Notes: a model not told the origin generated them from the sequence alone. A stretch of DNA of 64,000 nt from Eledone cirrhosa (GCA_964016885.1 OZ024760.1:25854001-25918000), one strand, 5' to 3'; counted from the stretch's first letter, positions 41,899 through 57,382 are shown. Made by a program: numbers and translations.

Positions 41899-43484
41899 TA
41901 TTATTCCGGGTTCAATCGGGGTAACCACAATAAGTAAGGTACTCAATACATAGCAGAGTATAAATGTTTTAATATAGAAAACACTTGAACCTGTTTATAG
42001 AACCCGTTCTGCCTTTAACACCATTATTTCAGCTTTAAAGAATTAGCTTCTAAAAAATTTCCCTTTTCTTTAAACCAATGAACCCCACCCATCCTGTAGA
42101 CACCTGACTTACAGGATTTGTTAGTTTAAGAGACAAACAAGGATTGGTTTTCCAATTTGAACCTGTTTACAGTATCCTTTCTACCTTTGTTAATATAAAT
42201 TATAGATTTAAAGAATTAGCTTTTAATGAATTCCCTTTTCATTAAACCCTTCAACCAATGACCTCCACCCATCCCAATCCCCACCCTCTCCTACCACCAG
42301 AAAATATATAAATACCACCACTATATTACTTTGACAGTCGCCTTCTTGATGATTTCTTCCGAATGAAACAGTTCTAGTCTTGTAGAAGCCTTTTCTATAT
42401 TAAAATATATATATATATATATATTCATATATATATATATATATATATACAGCACACCCTCCCACAGCGCACTACACGACACAACACTACACCACAACAC
42501 ACCACAACACACCACAACACACCACAACACACCACACCACACTACAACACACCTCACTACAATACACCACAGCACATTACACAACACCACACCACACTAC
42601 GCCACATCACACTACATCACACCACACTTCCCCAAACCACACTACACTACACACACCCACACCACACTACACCACACCACACCACACTACGGCACATCAC
42701 ACTACATCACACCACACCACACTACCCCAAACCACACTACACTACACACACTCACACCACATTACACCACACCACACTACACTTTGCTACATATCACACG
42801 ACACGACACCACACCACACTACACCACATCACACTACATCACACCACACCACACCTCCCCAAACCACACTACACTACACTACATACACCCACACCACACT
42901 ACATCACACCACGCTCCCCCACTACACCACACCACACTACACCACACCACAACACAAATCATACCATATACCAGAGTGAAATATATCGTTCCTAGCATGA
43001 TACACACATATTTTCTTATCAGTGGCCTTGATCTTGAAGAACAAAATGGAGACCAGAACATGGCAAGATGGTGGAACATAGTATGCAAGATAAAGAGAAG
43101 ACCAGCAACCAGCAATTATGGAAACAAACAGGCAGATAATTCTTCAAGTTTATTTGAACTCGAAGATAGAATTTCGCTGGAAGCATATCGGTCTAGTGTT
43201 TGGCGGATGTCCATATATATATACCTGGCCCGCAATGAGAAACTCTTGCCAAAATTAGTTTAACCTTATGGTCCATGTATGATCGAATTATCGGCATGAT
43301 GGTGGTGAATCTGTGGTAGGGATTTGGAGCTGTGATATAAAGGAGTGAGAGAAGTAATGGGATAGAGAGAGTGAGAGAGAGAGAGAGTGAAAGAGAGAAA
43401 GTGTGAGAGTGAGAGGGGGAGAGGGAAATTTACGCAGCCCACTCCCTACATTCCCCCACACACATAACTATATAATATGTATAT

Positions 43485-43528
<44 letters not shown>

Positions 43529-43626
43529 GTATATATATATATATGTAAATATATATATATGTATATATATATATATGTAAATATGTATATATATATATGT
43601 ATATATAAATCTATATGTATATATAG

Positions 43627-43690
<64 letters not shown>

Positions 43691-43698
43691 ATGTATAC

Positions 43699-43733
<35 letters not shown>

Positions 43734-43787
43734 CTTAGATATATATATATGCATGAATATATAAAATATGCATGTACATATATATAT

Positions 43788-43856
<69 letters not shown>

Positions 43857-43862
43857 TATATG

Positions 43863-43945
<83 letters not shown>

Positions 43946-43990
43946 AAATATATATATATATATATGTATAAATATATATATATATATATG

Positions 43991-44027
<37 letters not shown>

Positions 44028-44280
44028 AAATGTTTGTATATATATATATATGTATATATATATATGTATATATATATATGAATATGTTTATATATATATG
44101 TATATATATATATATGTATATATATATGTATATATATATGAATATGTTTATATATATATGTATATATATATATATGTATATATATATGTATATACATATG
44201 AATATGTTTATATATATATGTATATATATATATATATGTATATATATATGTATATACATATAAATATGTTTATATATGTA

Positions 44281-44346
<66 letters not shown>

Positions 44347-44365
44347 TATGTATATATATATATGC

Positions 44366-44396
<31 letters not shown>

Positions 44397-44466
44397 AGTA
44401 TGTATATATTTTTTTGTATATATATATGTATATATATATATATATGTGTGTGTATATGTATATATG

Positions 44467-44497
<31 letters not shown>

Positions 44498-44656
44498 GTA
44501 TATGTATATATATGTATATATATATGTATATATGTATATATATGTATAAATATATGTATATATATATATGCATCTATATATATATATGCATGTATATTAA
44601 TATATATATATATATGTATATAAATATATATATGTGTATATAAATATATATATATG

Positions 44657-44701
<45 letters not shown>

Positions 44702-44780
44702 ATAAATAAATATGTATATATGTATAGAAATAAATATGTATATATATATATGTGTGTATATAAATACATATATGTGTATG

Positions 44781-44811
<31 letters not shown>

Positions 44812-44890
44812 GTGTATGTATGTAAATATATATATATGTGTATGTGTATATATATAAGTATGTATATATGTTTTTGTATATATACATACC

Positions 44891-44937
<47 letters not shown>

Positions 44938-44968
44938 ATGTATTCATATATATATATATATGTGTGTG

Positions 44969-45015
<47 letters not shown>

Positions 45016-45209
45016 ATTTATATATATATATATATGTATTTATATATATATATGTATTTATATATATATATATATGTATTTATATATATATATATATGTA
45101 TTTATATATATATATGTATTTATTTATATATATATGTATATATATATATATATGTATTTATATACATATATGTATTTATATATATATATGTGTGTATTTA
45201 TATATATAT

Positions 45210-45252
<43 letters not shown>

Positions 45253-45254
45253 TA

Positions 45255-45309
<55 letters not shown>

Positions 45310-45616
45310 CAATATATATGAATAAACACACACATATATGTATATATGTGTGTGTTTCACAAGAAGAAGAATAACAACAATAAAATTAGAAAGCAAGAAT
45401 GAAAAGAAACAACAACAACAATAACTACCATAAAAGAAGTGAGAGAGCAGATGGTATGATAGGAGAGAGCGAGAGAGAGGGAGAGAGAGAGAGAGAGAGA
45501 CAGACAGAAAGAGAGAGAGAGTGAGAGGGGGGAAGATGAGGAGATGAATGGAAATATGTACATCTTTGATTCTGCGAATCAAAAGATGTACATTTACATT
45601 TTGCTTCTTACAGACA

Positions 45617-45653
<37 letters not shown>

Positions 45654-45941
45654 ACACACATAGAGATAGATAGTTAGATACATATGTATTTAAAGCCTTT
45701 CTTACATTTTTTAATTTATATGATATATATATAAATATATATTTATATATATATAGAGAGAGAGAAAAAAAGATGAAATCGAAAATGCAACTGGAGTCTT
45801 ATTTAAAAAGAAAATATATATTTATTTGGTTCCTTTACCGGTTTCGCAGTTCTTCTGCTTTTCAAAACTAAAGTTGAGATGGAGGGTCTGTGGTTTTTCT
45901 CACATCTGGAGAAAAACTTCAGACCCTCCATCTCAACTCTA

Positions 45942-45977
45942 CTTTTGAAAAGTAGAAGAACTGCGAAACCGGTAAAA
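45942..45977 (+). ncRNA. U3-A8 variant hammerhead (inverted copy 45833-45867)
   Basis: TTGAAAA-gtag aagaa ctgc-GAA-accggt-A; the other arm has gcag/ctgc. Confidence 0.7.
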
Positions 45978-46106
45978 GAACCAAATAAATATATTTTTTC
46001 TTTTTAAATAAGACTCCAGTTGCATTTTCGATTTCATCTTTTTTTCTTTATAATTTCACTCGTGTAGGAAACCTCGGTTATTTTTCATTTTGTAAAAAAA
46101 CCTCAC

Positions 46107-46149
<43 letters not shown>

Positions 46150-46153
46150 TATA

Positions 46154-47454
46154 CAGGGTGTTCGGGATAAATTTGACAGTTTCATCAGGAAAAAGAAAAA
46201 GTGCTTGGTATCTACAAAATTTATTTGATTTAAAAGAAATTCAATGGACAAGGCAATTACACTATTGTCAAAGAGTTTTAATCAAAATAACCGTCATTAG
46301 CGTCTATTACAGCCTCAATCCGGGCCCTGAACCTGGAGCAAGCTGATTTTACACTTTCCCTGGGAAGACCCTCAAAAACTACTTTAATTCTGTCGATTAA
46401 CTGGGCTTTTGTAGTACTGGCACGGCAATTGGTGTCTTTCTCTACAGCGCCCCATACATAATAGTCCATCGGGTTAAGATCAGGGGAGTTCGGAGGCCAA
46501 ACATTGGGACTGGTGTAGTCGTAAAAATTGGCTGACAACCATTTTTGACTTTTCCCCGAGGTGTGGCAGGGGGCCGAATCCTGCTGCCATACATACGGCC
46601 TATTATTGGCTACCCTTGTTATCCAGGGCTTAACTACAGTGGTTAGCAATTCCACGTAGGCATCTGAATTCAACCTGAGACCCTGTTTGAAAAAATGCGG
46701 AGGCATCACATCACCCTCGGAGGACACACGTCCAAAAACCATGACAGTTTTGAAAAATTTAGTCTGCATGACTCGAGGAGTGTCCTTTAGACTGTATGCA
46801 AGTCATCTGTTATTCTGCATGTTGTGTTTTTGATCTTGGCAAAAGTTTTTCTCATCGGAAAAGAACCAGATTGTTTGTGCTTCAGCAGGATGTTTCACTT
46901 TGCTCAGAAGTTTCTTCGCCTTTGTCAGACGATTTTCCCGGGCCTTTTCTGTGAGAAGTCGACCTCTGCGACGCTTGTATGAGTAGTAGCGAAGGTCTTC
47001 ATTGAGTGCAATTTTCATAGTAGAGGCTGAAACATTCAATTCACGCAACAAAGACCGAATTCCGATGCCAGGGTCCTACAACACTTTTTTCTGCAGATTT
47101 TCGATGAATTCTGCTGTGCGAGAGCAATCAGATCTTCTGTTATGTTTCTTTCTTCTAGCCACAGCCTCGTAGTCTCCATTGCAATTCTCCATGCCGGATT
47201 GTTTTTACAGTGTTCAGGGAGCATTGAGCAGCGACCATAATCTCCTTATTTTGATGGCCGGTGCGAATCATCATGATACAAGTTATTCTCTTCCATGATT
47301 CAGGTGGATCCCAGTCATCCATTCTCGTTGTCATCACATATATGAATAAAGGAGGGTTTAAACTTTCAAATAAAGCCTAGTGGGCATGAATGAATTTAAA
47401 ACATCTGAAAAAACAACCAAATATTATTCTGTCAAATTTATCCCGAACACCCTG
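46154..47454 (-). mobile_element. Full-length Tc1/mariner DD37D (maT-type) transposon with disrupted transposase
   Basis: TIRs cagggtgttcgggataaatttgacag, TA flanks; FSDEKNF, QQDSAPCH, WPPNSPDLNPMD with 37 residues between the last two D. Confidence 0.93.
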
Positions 47455-47513
47455 TATATATATATTTTTTTTTTAAATATATATATATATATATTCATAT
47501 TCATGTGCTCCTT

Positions 47514-47555
<42 letters not shown>

Positions 47556-47674
47556 GAATATATATATTCATATTCATATACACATATGCATGTATATATA
47601 TGTTTATATATATATGAATAGATATGTAGATATATACGCAGACGCAGACACACGTACATGCTTATATGTATATC

Positions 47675-47724
<50 letters not shown>

Positions 47725-47810
47725 ACACACATATAGATATACATATATATATATGTGTACATATATGCATATACGTGTGTCTGTGTGTGCGTATAACTTC
47801 TATACATCTA

Positions 47811-47855
<45 letters not shown>

Positions 47856-47882
47856 ATATATATATATATGTATATATGTATA

Positions 47883-47940
<58 letters not shown>

Positions 47941-48633
47941 TCATATAAATTAAACAATGTAAGAAAGGGTTTAAAATCCGAAGTAGTTTATTAATTCATA
48001 TTAAAGGGGAACAACGATCGTTCCTTGAGCTGATCGTCAATGAAACACATGTAATATGTAATTAGATATGTACATGATGCAACACTTGATATTGTTTTGA
48101 TATTCCGCTCCCCACGAGCATCGAGCACTCATGTTTGCATCCCGCCTACGGACGCAATTCAATTGCATCTCTACTACCTATATATATAAAGGAACGATCG
48201 ACTTTCGTCAAATCGGACCGAGGGAACTATGTTTCCGTTGGTCTTTCCAATTGCTAATACTATCTATCGGTCGCAACTCCAGGTAGAAGGAGCAACGTGA
48301 AATAAAGTGTTTTGCTCAAGGACATAACGCATCGCCTGGTCCAGGAATCGAACTCACAACCTTACGATTGCGAATCCAAATCTCTAACCACTCACCCTTC
48401 ACCGTTATATATATATAACGTCAATAATGTGCTCAAAGGAAAAGGAATCCTGAACTCTTTAAAATACAATATGTTGAAAAGGTAACACACTAGAGAGAGA
48501 TACAGTGCGCCATCAATAAAACAGAGAAAACCACCAGTGTATGGAATCTATAACCTATGGAAGGCAGGGTAGACATACAATAATTAAAACTATAAATTAA
48601 AATGTATATACGCACCTCTATAACTATATAACA

Positions 48634-48714
48634 CACGCGTACAAATCCAAAGAGATCTGTTTCGCCAGTAAGTTGTTGACTGAAATGGAATAGCCTATGG
48701 TTCATCAGCGCGTG
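48634..48714 (-). ncRNA. Type I hammerhead ribozyme with full-length stem III
   Basis: Reverse: cacgcg-CTGATGA-acca[...]tggc-GAA-acagatct cttt ggatttgt-A-cgcgtg, in fold-back 48460-48980. Confidence 0.83.
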
Positions 48715-48973
48715 CAAGATTATACATTCCAGACAACTCTAAGAGAATCTATTCCATTTCAGTCAACAACTACCTGGCGAAACAAATCTCTTTGGATTTG
48801 GACGCGTGTGTTATTTAGTTATAGAGGTGCGTATATACATTTTAATTAATATTTTAAAGTATTATGTTTCTACCCTGCCTTCATTGGATTTTAGATTCCA
48901 TACACTGGTGGTTTTCCCTCTTTTATTGATGGCACACTATCTCTCTTTACTGTGTTACCTTTTCAACATATTG

Positions 48974-49084
<111 letters not shown>

Positions 49085-49312
49085 ATATATATTATATATA
49101 TATATCTATAAATAATATATTTTTAAGGAGTGGCACCCCATTCTGAACTTGTTTATAGAATTCTTTCTGCCTTTGTTACTCTAAATATAAATTATAGCTT
49201 TAAAGAATTAGCTTTTAATGAATTCCCTTTTCTATCAACCAATGACCTCTACCCATCCCACTCCCTACTCTCTCCTACCACCTATAAATACCATATTTAT
49301 TTTTTGATACCC

Positions 49313-49363
49313 AGATTCCTGATGATTTCTAAAGAAAGAAACAGTTCTAGTCCTGTAGAATCT
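49313..49363 (+). ncRNA. Type I hammerhead ribozyme, 7156 family
   Basis: agattc-CTGATGA-tttc taaa gaaa-GAA-acag ttctagtc ctgt-A-gaatct. Confidence 0.85.
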
Positions 49364-49500
49364 CATCTATATTAAAACTATATATAATATATATATATAT
49401 AATATATATATAATATATTTATATATAATATATTTATATATAATATATTTATATATAATATATATATATATATGTGTGTGTGTATATATATGTATATATA

Positions 49501-49558
<58 letters not shown>

Positions 49559-49614
49559 TATATGTATGTGTATATGTATGTATATATATATGTATGTGTG
49601 TGTATATGTATATG

Positions 49615-49717
<103 letters not shown>

Positions 49718-49855
49718 TTATTTATTTATGTATGTATTTGTATGAGTGTACGTATGTGTGTGTATATTTGTGTGTGTATATATATATGTGTGTGTGTGTA
49801 TTTGTATTTGTGTGTATGTGTGTATATATATATATATATATATGTATGTGTATGT

Positions 49856-49886
<31 letters not shown>

Positions 49887-49898
49887 TATATGTATATA

Positions 49899-49951
<53 letters not shown>

Positions 49952-50084
49952 GTATGTGTATGTGTGTGTGTGTATGTATATATATATACATATATATATG
50001 TGTGTGTGTGTATATATGTGTATGTGTGTGTATATATATGTGTATATATATATATGTATATATGCACATGTATATATATGTGTA

Positions 50085-50158
<74 letters not shown>

Positions 50159-50835
50159 GTGTATGTGTATATATATGTGTGTGTATGTGTGTGTATATAT
50201 GTATATATGTGTATGTGTGTGTGTGTGTGTGTGTGTATTTATATGTGTGTATATATGTATGTATGTGTGTATGTATGTGTGTGTATGTATATGCATATGT
50301 ATATATGTATATATATATATATATATAGATATATATATATGTATGTATGTGTGTGTATATATATGTATATGTGTATGTGTGTGTCTTTATGGGTGCGCGC
50401 GAGTGTGTGAGTGAGTGTGTTTGTGAATGTGTCTGTTGATTGTTGGCATATAGTTGAATAGTTTAAGAGAAATTTGAGGATAATTAATGATATGCACTCA
50501 ATATTTTGAATTTGTCTACAGAATTCTCTAAACCTTTGTCACTTAGTAGAACCTTAAAGAATTTAGCTTTTAAAGAATCTCCCTTTCCTTTAAATCTATC
50601 TACCATGACTGATCTTATGGAAGAGAAACTTAATAATAAGGAGTGGCACCTCATCCTGAACCTGTTTATAGAATTCTTTCTGCCTTTGTTACTCTAAAAA
50701 TAAACTATAGCTTTGTAGAATTAGCTTTTAATGAATTCCCTTTTCTATCAACCAATGACCTACACCCATGCCACTCCCCACCCTCTCCTACCACTTGTAG
50801 AGACCTATAAATACCATACTTATTTTTTGATACCC

Positions 50836-50886
50836 AGATTCCTGATGATTTCTAAAGAATGAAACAGTTCTAGTCCTGTAGAATCT
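50836..50886 (+). ncRNA. Type I hammerhead ribozyme, 7156 family
   Basis: agattc-CTGATGA-t ttc taaa gaa t-GAA-acag ttctagtc ctgt-A-gaatct. Confidence 0.85.
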
Positions 50887-50969
50887 CATCTATATTAAAA
50901 CTTTTATACTCTGCAATGTATTGAGTACCTTACTTACAGTGGTTACCTCCGATTCAACCCGGAATAACG

Positions 50970-51000
<31 letters not shown>

Positions 51001-51242
51001 ATACTTTGGGAGGGTCATGTTGCCAATAAGAAACATACGCACCAGTTGCTTTCACTTCAATTTATTATAATAAATTTATAAATTTAGGAATTTAAAAATT
51101 TCCGGTTGGTTGGTTGGTTCCACAACCAGATATATATCGGATGCAATACATGCCCAAACTAAGCACACAACACACACACAAAAACAAGATGGCGTAGGAC
51201 AGAACAAAGGAGAGGCACGAAAAACAAAGAAAAGAATCCCCA

Positions 51243-51285
51243 GTCACTGAAGAGGTCACAGAATGTGTGACGAAAGAACTTTGAC
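51243..51285 (+). ncRNA. Minimal type I hammerhead ribozyme
   Basis: gtca-CTGAAGA-g gtcaca gaatg tgtgac-GAAAG-aa-CTT-tgac. Confidence 0.78.
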
Positions 51286-51591
51286 AATATATAAACAACC
51301 ATCTGGTTGTGGAACCAACCAACCAACCGGAAATTTATAAATTCCTAAATTTATAAATTTATTATAATAAAGTGAAGTGAAAGCAACTGGTGCGTGTGTT
51401 TATTATTGGCAACATGACCCTCCCAAAGTATAACAATATCGGTTTCAACACACGTTTTCAGATAAAGAATCTTGCTAAACAAATTCAGAAACGAAATATA
51501 TATATATACGTTATTCCGGGTTGAGTCGGAGGTAACCACAGTAAGTAAGGTACTCAATACATTGCAGAGTATAAAAGTTTTAATATAGATG

Positions 51592-51686
51592 AGATTCTAC
51601 AGGACTAGAACTGTTTCATTCTTTAGAAATCATCAGGAATCCTGATGATTTCTAAAGAATGAAACAGTTCTAGTCCTGTAGAATCT
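51592..51686. ncRNA. Divergent pair of 7156-family hammerheads forming a palindrome
   Basis: ...tcatcag gaatc ctgatga...: the inversion centre lies immediately 5' of both cores. Confidence 0.78.
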
Positions 51687-51698
51687 CATCTATATTAA

Positions 51699-51769
<71 letters not shown>

Positions 51770-51984
51770 TGTACGTATTGTATATTTAATATTGTAGTGT
51801 ATGTTTATTTAAATACATTTTGAAGGCCTCTCGGTATGAATTTAATGTAGTGGCCAACGTCACATACCTAGCTGTAGCATAAACAAAGGGAAATAACCGA
51901 CGATCGCTAGCGAAATGCTTTCAAAACCTATTTAAATAAACGTACTGTATATTATTAAATATAAAATACGTACATTCATATATG

Positions 51985-52041
<57 letters not shown>

Positions 52042-52242
52042 AACGAGTAGGACCCCGACGGCTGAGCTCAATCCGTTTCGACAGCTAATTCTGGACTAAA
52101 ATTTAGTCCAGAATTAGCCGTCGAAACAGCTTGAGCTCAGCCGTCGGGGTCCTACTCGTTCCTATTACCCACTCTACTACCCTAAGTATTGAGTACTTTG
52201 GTGCGTTATGGTCATTCTGGTTCCTTACCACATTTCCTTCGT

Positions 52243-52425
52243 TGGTGGATTGGCAGTATCGGTAGAGGGTCGGACGCCATGCTTTCCAACATAGTTACAT
52301 CCCTTTACGATCCGAATTCAAATCGCGCCGAGGTTGACTTTGCCTTTCATCCTTACGGGGTCGATAAAATAAAGTACCAGTAATGCACTGGATAATTGCT
52401 GGCCTTGTGCCTAGAGTAGAAACAG

Positions 52426-52427
<2 letters not shown>
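52243..52427 (+). mobile_element. tRNA-derived SINE
   Basis: Full-length family match. Confidence 0.85.
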
Positions 52428-52464
<37 letters not shown>

Positions 52465-52769
52465 GACCAATCAAAATTGTTTTGACCACAAGAATTTTTG
52501 CAACACGAATTGGCGCGAAACTTATTTTAATACCTCTGGAGCCACTTTTTTCACATAAAAACAGGTAGAATTTCAAAAACTAATCAGATTAGAGCAAACA
52601 TCACGGACGCTCTATCTCAAAATTATTTTTGAAAAGCATTAGAAATGCGCAACCGGAAAAACTTAAAACCAAAACTTAATACTAAACAATACTATTACTA
52701 ATTTTCACTTATTCCTAATTAAACTATTTTTCACTGTGAACAATTTGTCAGCATTTTATTTTTCGTTTA

Positions 52770-52865
<96 letters not shown>

Positions 52866-53097
52866 ATGTATATATCCAGTTCATTCTGCCATTACAACAC
52901 CAGAGGTCCGCCAAGCAATTAATTCCAGAGTAGAGCCACATTGATACAGATCGAACCTTGAGATGATCCATAGCGAAACGCGCGTCACCATATATCATAT
53001 ATATATATCATATACATATATATGGCATATATATGATATATATATATCATATATATATATGTATGACATATATATGATATATTTATATGGTATATAT

Positions 53098-53158
<61 letters not shown>

Positions 53159-53530
53159 ATATGATATATATATTAATAGTAATAATAATAAATTCGAAGA
53201 CTAAAATCCAAAGAGGGCTCGATAAGGATAGATATATATCAAATATATAAGAACCGTAGAGCAAATATTTATTAAAATAACAGATTAAAGTTTAAGCAAA
53301 GAATCGCTGCTTTCACCCTTAACGGGATCTTCTGAAACTAACAAAGTCAATCTGTAAACGCAGAACTAAATATTTCAAAAAAACATTGCAACCGGAGGAA
53401 GACAGGAAGACGATACTTTGATTCGTGGAAACGTTCGCTGGCAAAGAACGGGAAAAAACGAATAATACGTCATTAATAGGAGCGGTGAAAAGCAATTACG
53501 CGCAAAGACAGAACCACGTTTATATATATA

Positions 53531-53578
<48 letters not shown>

Positions 53579-53638
53579 ATAATTATTATAATGAAATGAC
53601 AGGAGGCTGGACTTGTGTAAATCCTTGAAAGGTTTATT

Positions 53639-53696
53639 ATACTATGATCATTTCAATGACCGGGTTCCGTATGAATCCGGTGATATCATCAGGTAT
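53639..53696 (-). ncRNA. Type I hammerhead ribozyme
   Basis: Reverse: atac-CTGATGA-tatcaccggattc atacg gaacccggtcatt-GAA-atgatcat-A-gtat. Confidence 0.82.
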
Positions 53697-53701
53697 TCGA
53701 A

Positions 53702-53773
<72 letters not shown>

Positions 53774-53961
53774 TATATATGATATATATATATACATATA
53801 TATATCATATATATATATATATATATATATTTGTGTGTGTGTGTGTGTGTAGGTAAATATAAGAAGCCAGTGTGGATAAAAGTTCTTTTAAAGCACAGGT
53901 TAATCATGGATAAGAGTTCAATTAAAGTAGACTGGTTGAATAGACCAACGTCGTTTATATT

Positions 53962-54034
53962 TTCTCTTAGGAAGCTTTACCTTGTACGTAAACAACTTTT
54001 TTTGCTATGGTATAGTTGAAACATAATGTAAGAA
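53962..54034 (+). ncRNA. Hammerhead motif with G5U core mutation (probably inactive)
   Basis: ttct-CTTAGGA-agct t tacc[...]ggta t agtt-GAA-acat a atgt-A-agaa. Confidence 0.6.
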
Positions 54035-54204
54035 GTAAAATGTTGTTTTAAACGAACTACAACTCCCTCATTTATTCATTTTGATTATATCTGCTCTGCT
54101 TAGAACCCTTCATTAAATATTAACACTTTTTATTATTTAACTCGGCTACCCTAAGCATTGAGTTCACCTCCCTTCGGTTATCGGCATTTAGTAAACTATA
54201 TCAC

Positions 54205-54302
<98 letters not shown>

Positions 54303-54451
54303 GATACATATATACTATAATTTTCATATATATATATATATATATAGAACCCTTATTGAGACCTCTCTGTCTTTGTATTTATTATTATTCTCTATATAAC
54401 TTATATATGTGTATGTGTGTTATTTATTCTTCTTTTTCTATTTCTTTACAG

Positions 54452-54969
54452 GGTTATCGTCCTTGATTGGTATCATTCTCTACATTGGAAGCATCACGCA
54501 AGAAGTCGGTAACAAACCGAAAGCTTCCGTCGAAACCCCTCGTTTTATATATAACTACGGTTCATCATTCATGATGGCAGTGGGATCGTTTGCCCTAACT
54601 GAACTGTCTGGTGTTCTCTCTGTCTATCTATATATATCACGTCACAGACATATCCAGCGAAAGAAGCAACAGAAAAATCTCCAAAACGAAACAAACGATC
54701 GAAGCCACCATTGGCGCCATCGAAGAGGTGCATGCCACACTAGAGACCGGTCCCATTCTAGGGAGCGAGCCTCCAGAGACCCTTCGTTAAGTCGATCGGA
54801 GAGCTACTTCACCTACACACCCGTATCAGATACCTCTTACGAACTCTCTAATTACGCGTTTGGTCGCGAGACTTCTCGTAACACTATCTCGACCACAGTT
54901 GAGACACACATGGCTAAAGAACATTCCTGTCACTCTGTAGATCTCTTAAGGCGGACAACTCCGGTCTGA
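54452..54969 (+). CDS. CACNG: Stargazin/TARP (CACNG-family) last coding exon: end of TM3, TM4, Arg/Ser-rich tail, PDZ ligand
   Basis: Acceptor tttctttacag. Reads GLSSLIGIILYIGSI...YNYGSSF...SFALTELSGVLSVYLYI...RDRSHSRERASRDPS...RRTTPV*, with the same C-terminal RRTTPV as vertebrate type I TARPs. Confidence 0.95.
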
Positions 54970-55422
54970 CTAAATTCAGCCATTACTTGGTTTCAAATAG
55001 TGAGTTGTTTGAAGAGCATAAAAAGAAAGCAAGGAAAGGTTTTTGGGGACCAAAAAGAAGCAAACAATAAAATGGAATAATGACAATAATAATAACAATA
55101 ACAATGATAAAATTGAAATATGTTAATATTAATAAAAAAATATATAATAATGATAACAATGACAACCAACCAATAAATAAATATTTACGTGACAAAACCA
55201 AAAAGGAGAACGATATGATAGAAAGACATACACATATATAAAATGAGGGGAATCGCGCGGAAGAAAGGATAAGAGACGAAGCAAAAACAATACAGAATTG
55301 AAAACGCTTACAAATTTTGATGACTATAAATCTACCAAAATGTTTGTGACTCGAAGAAATATTTGCAAAAGATGTTTTTTTCCCCACCCCCATATCAAAA
55401 TTGGGAATTTTTCTACACACAC

Positions 55423-55488
<66 letters not shown>

Positions 55489-55541
55489 ATATGTATATAC
55501 ATATAACCAAGTTCTGTAGTGTAATCCGAATGAATTTATAT

Positions 55542-55654
<113 letters not shown>

Positions 55655-55732
55655 ATCAAGAAACAAGAGGAAAAATATAAACCTATTTTCAACAGGAAAG
55701 CAACAACATGAAATTACAGAAGGATTAAACCA

Positions 55733-55796
<64 letters not shown>

Positions 55797-56178
55797 ATAT
55801 ATATTTACTTGAACAACAAGGGAAAAATTGGGGTGAAAGATATCAACTGAATAGTTAAAGTCAATGAGAATTTGAGACAAACAACGGGAGATGAATGACA
55901 TGTATGGAAAGGTAATGAGAAAGAAAGAGGGGACGAAAATATTTGAAAGAGAGAGAGAGAGAAGAAGAAGAAGAAGAAGAAGAAGAAGAAGAAGAAGAAG
56001 AAGAAGAAGAAGAAGAGAGAAGAAGAAGAAGAGAGAAGAAGAAGAAGAAGAAGAAACGAACATATTTTTTAAAATGTGTGAAGGTAGAAGTGATATGCCG
56101 GAGAGATATGACAAAACTGTTAAAATGTCGTCAGATGATCAGACAAGTTTATGCCTGAGTGTGAATGCTGGATAAAGA

Positions 56179-56214
<36 letters not shown>

Positions 56215-56215
56215 G

Positions 56216-56249
<34 letters not shown>

Positions 56250-56547
56250 TATATAATGTCATATATATTATATATATATGGTATGGAATCCATTGTTGTG
56301 AACTTCAGGTTAATACAGTCCAACGCCATCAGGGATCATTCAACTTAAGCAGCGGTATATACCTGTCACTGCTGCTGCTGCTGCTGCTGCTGCTGTTATA
56401 AATACCACTACTACTACCACTACTACTACTACTACTGCTGCTGCTTTCGTCTTTGATACTTCCAGACTCTCCGAGAATCTCGTTTCTCACAGACACCGAA
56501 ACCAAACAAAAAAAGGAAACACAACATATGTATATATTATATATATA

Positions 56548-56596
<49 letters not shown>

Positions 56597-56621
56597 TATA
56601 AATATATATATATAGATATAC

Positions 56622-56690
<69 letters not shown>

Positions 56691-57028
56691 CACAAAATAA
56701 CTTACACACAATTTTTTAAAAGAAGAAAAAAAAAATTATATTGATAATAACAATAATAATATAAATAATGATAATAATTTTCAACCATTTGATGTCAAAG
56801 AAATATGAAATAATCGGGAAAATTTTGCTCAGTGTATTCCTCGTTTAGTTGTTTGCGTGGTTGATGGTATGGTTTGTAGAGAAGATCAAAATTTAACATA
56901 GCCAAAAATAGCACACAGTACATCACACGATATAGGGAGACGGTTTTTACATGAAACAGTTACACAGAAAGGATTTCAAAATTGTATGAATATATGGAAA
57001 ACATGCACACACACACATATATATATAC

Positions 57029-57126
<98 letters not shown>

Positions 57127-57299
57127 TGATATATATTTGTGTATGTGTATTTTCTGTATGTTTGTGAGTGTGTGTTTGCTTATTTGTGTATGTATATATA
57201 TATACATATATATATACATATATAAATGTATGTATATATATTATACATATAATATATAACATATAATATATAATAAATACATATATATATATGCATAAT

Positions 57300-57330
<31 letters not shown>

Positions 57331-57351
57331 GTATTTATATATATATATGTG

Positions 57352-57382
<31 letters not shown>

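Noticed and set aside
47997-48058. HHR-like fold (catat/atatg, acgatcg/tgatcgt, GAAACacatGTA)
   Set aside because: The CTGANGA core is unrecognisable; at best a relic. The same applies to the 3' halves at 15993-16005, 32080-32095, 41031-41045 and 52975-52990.
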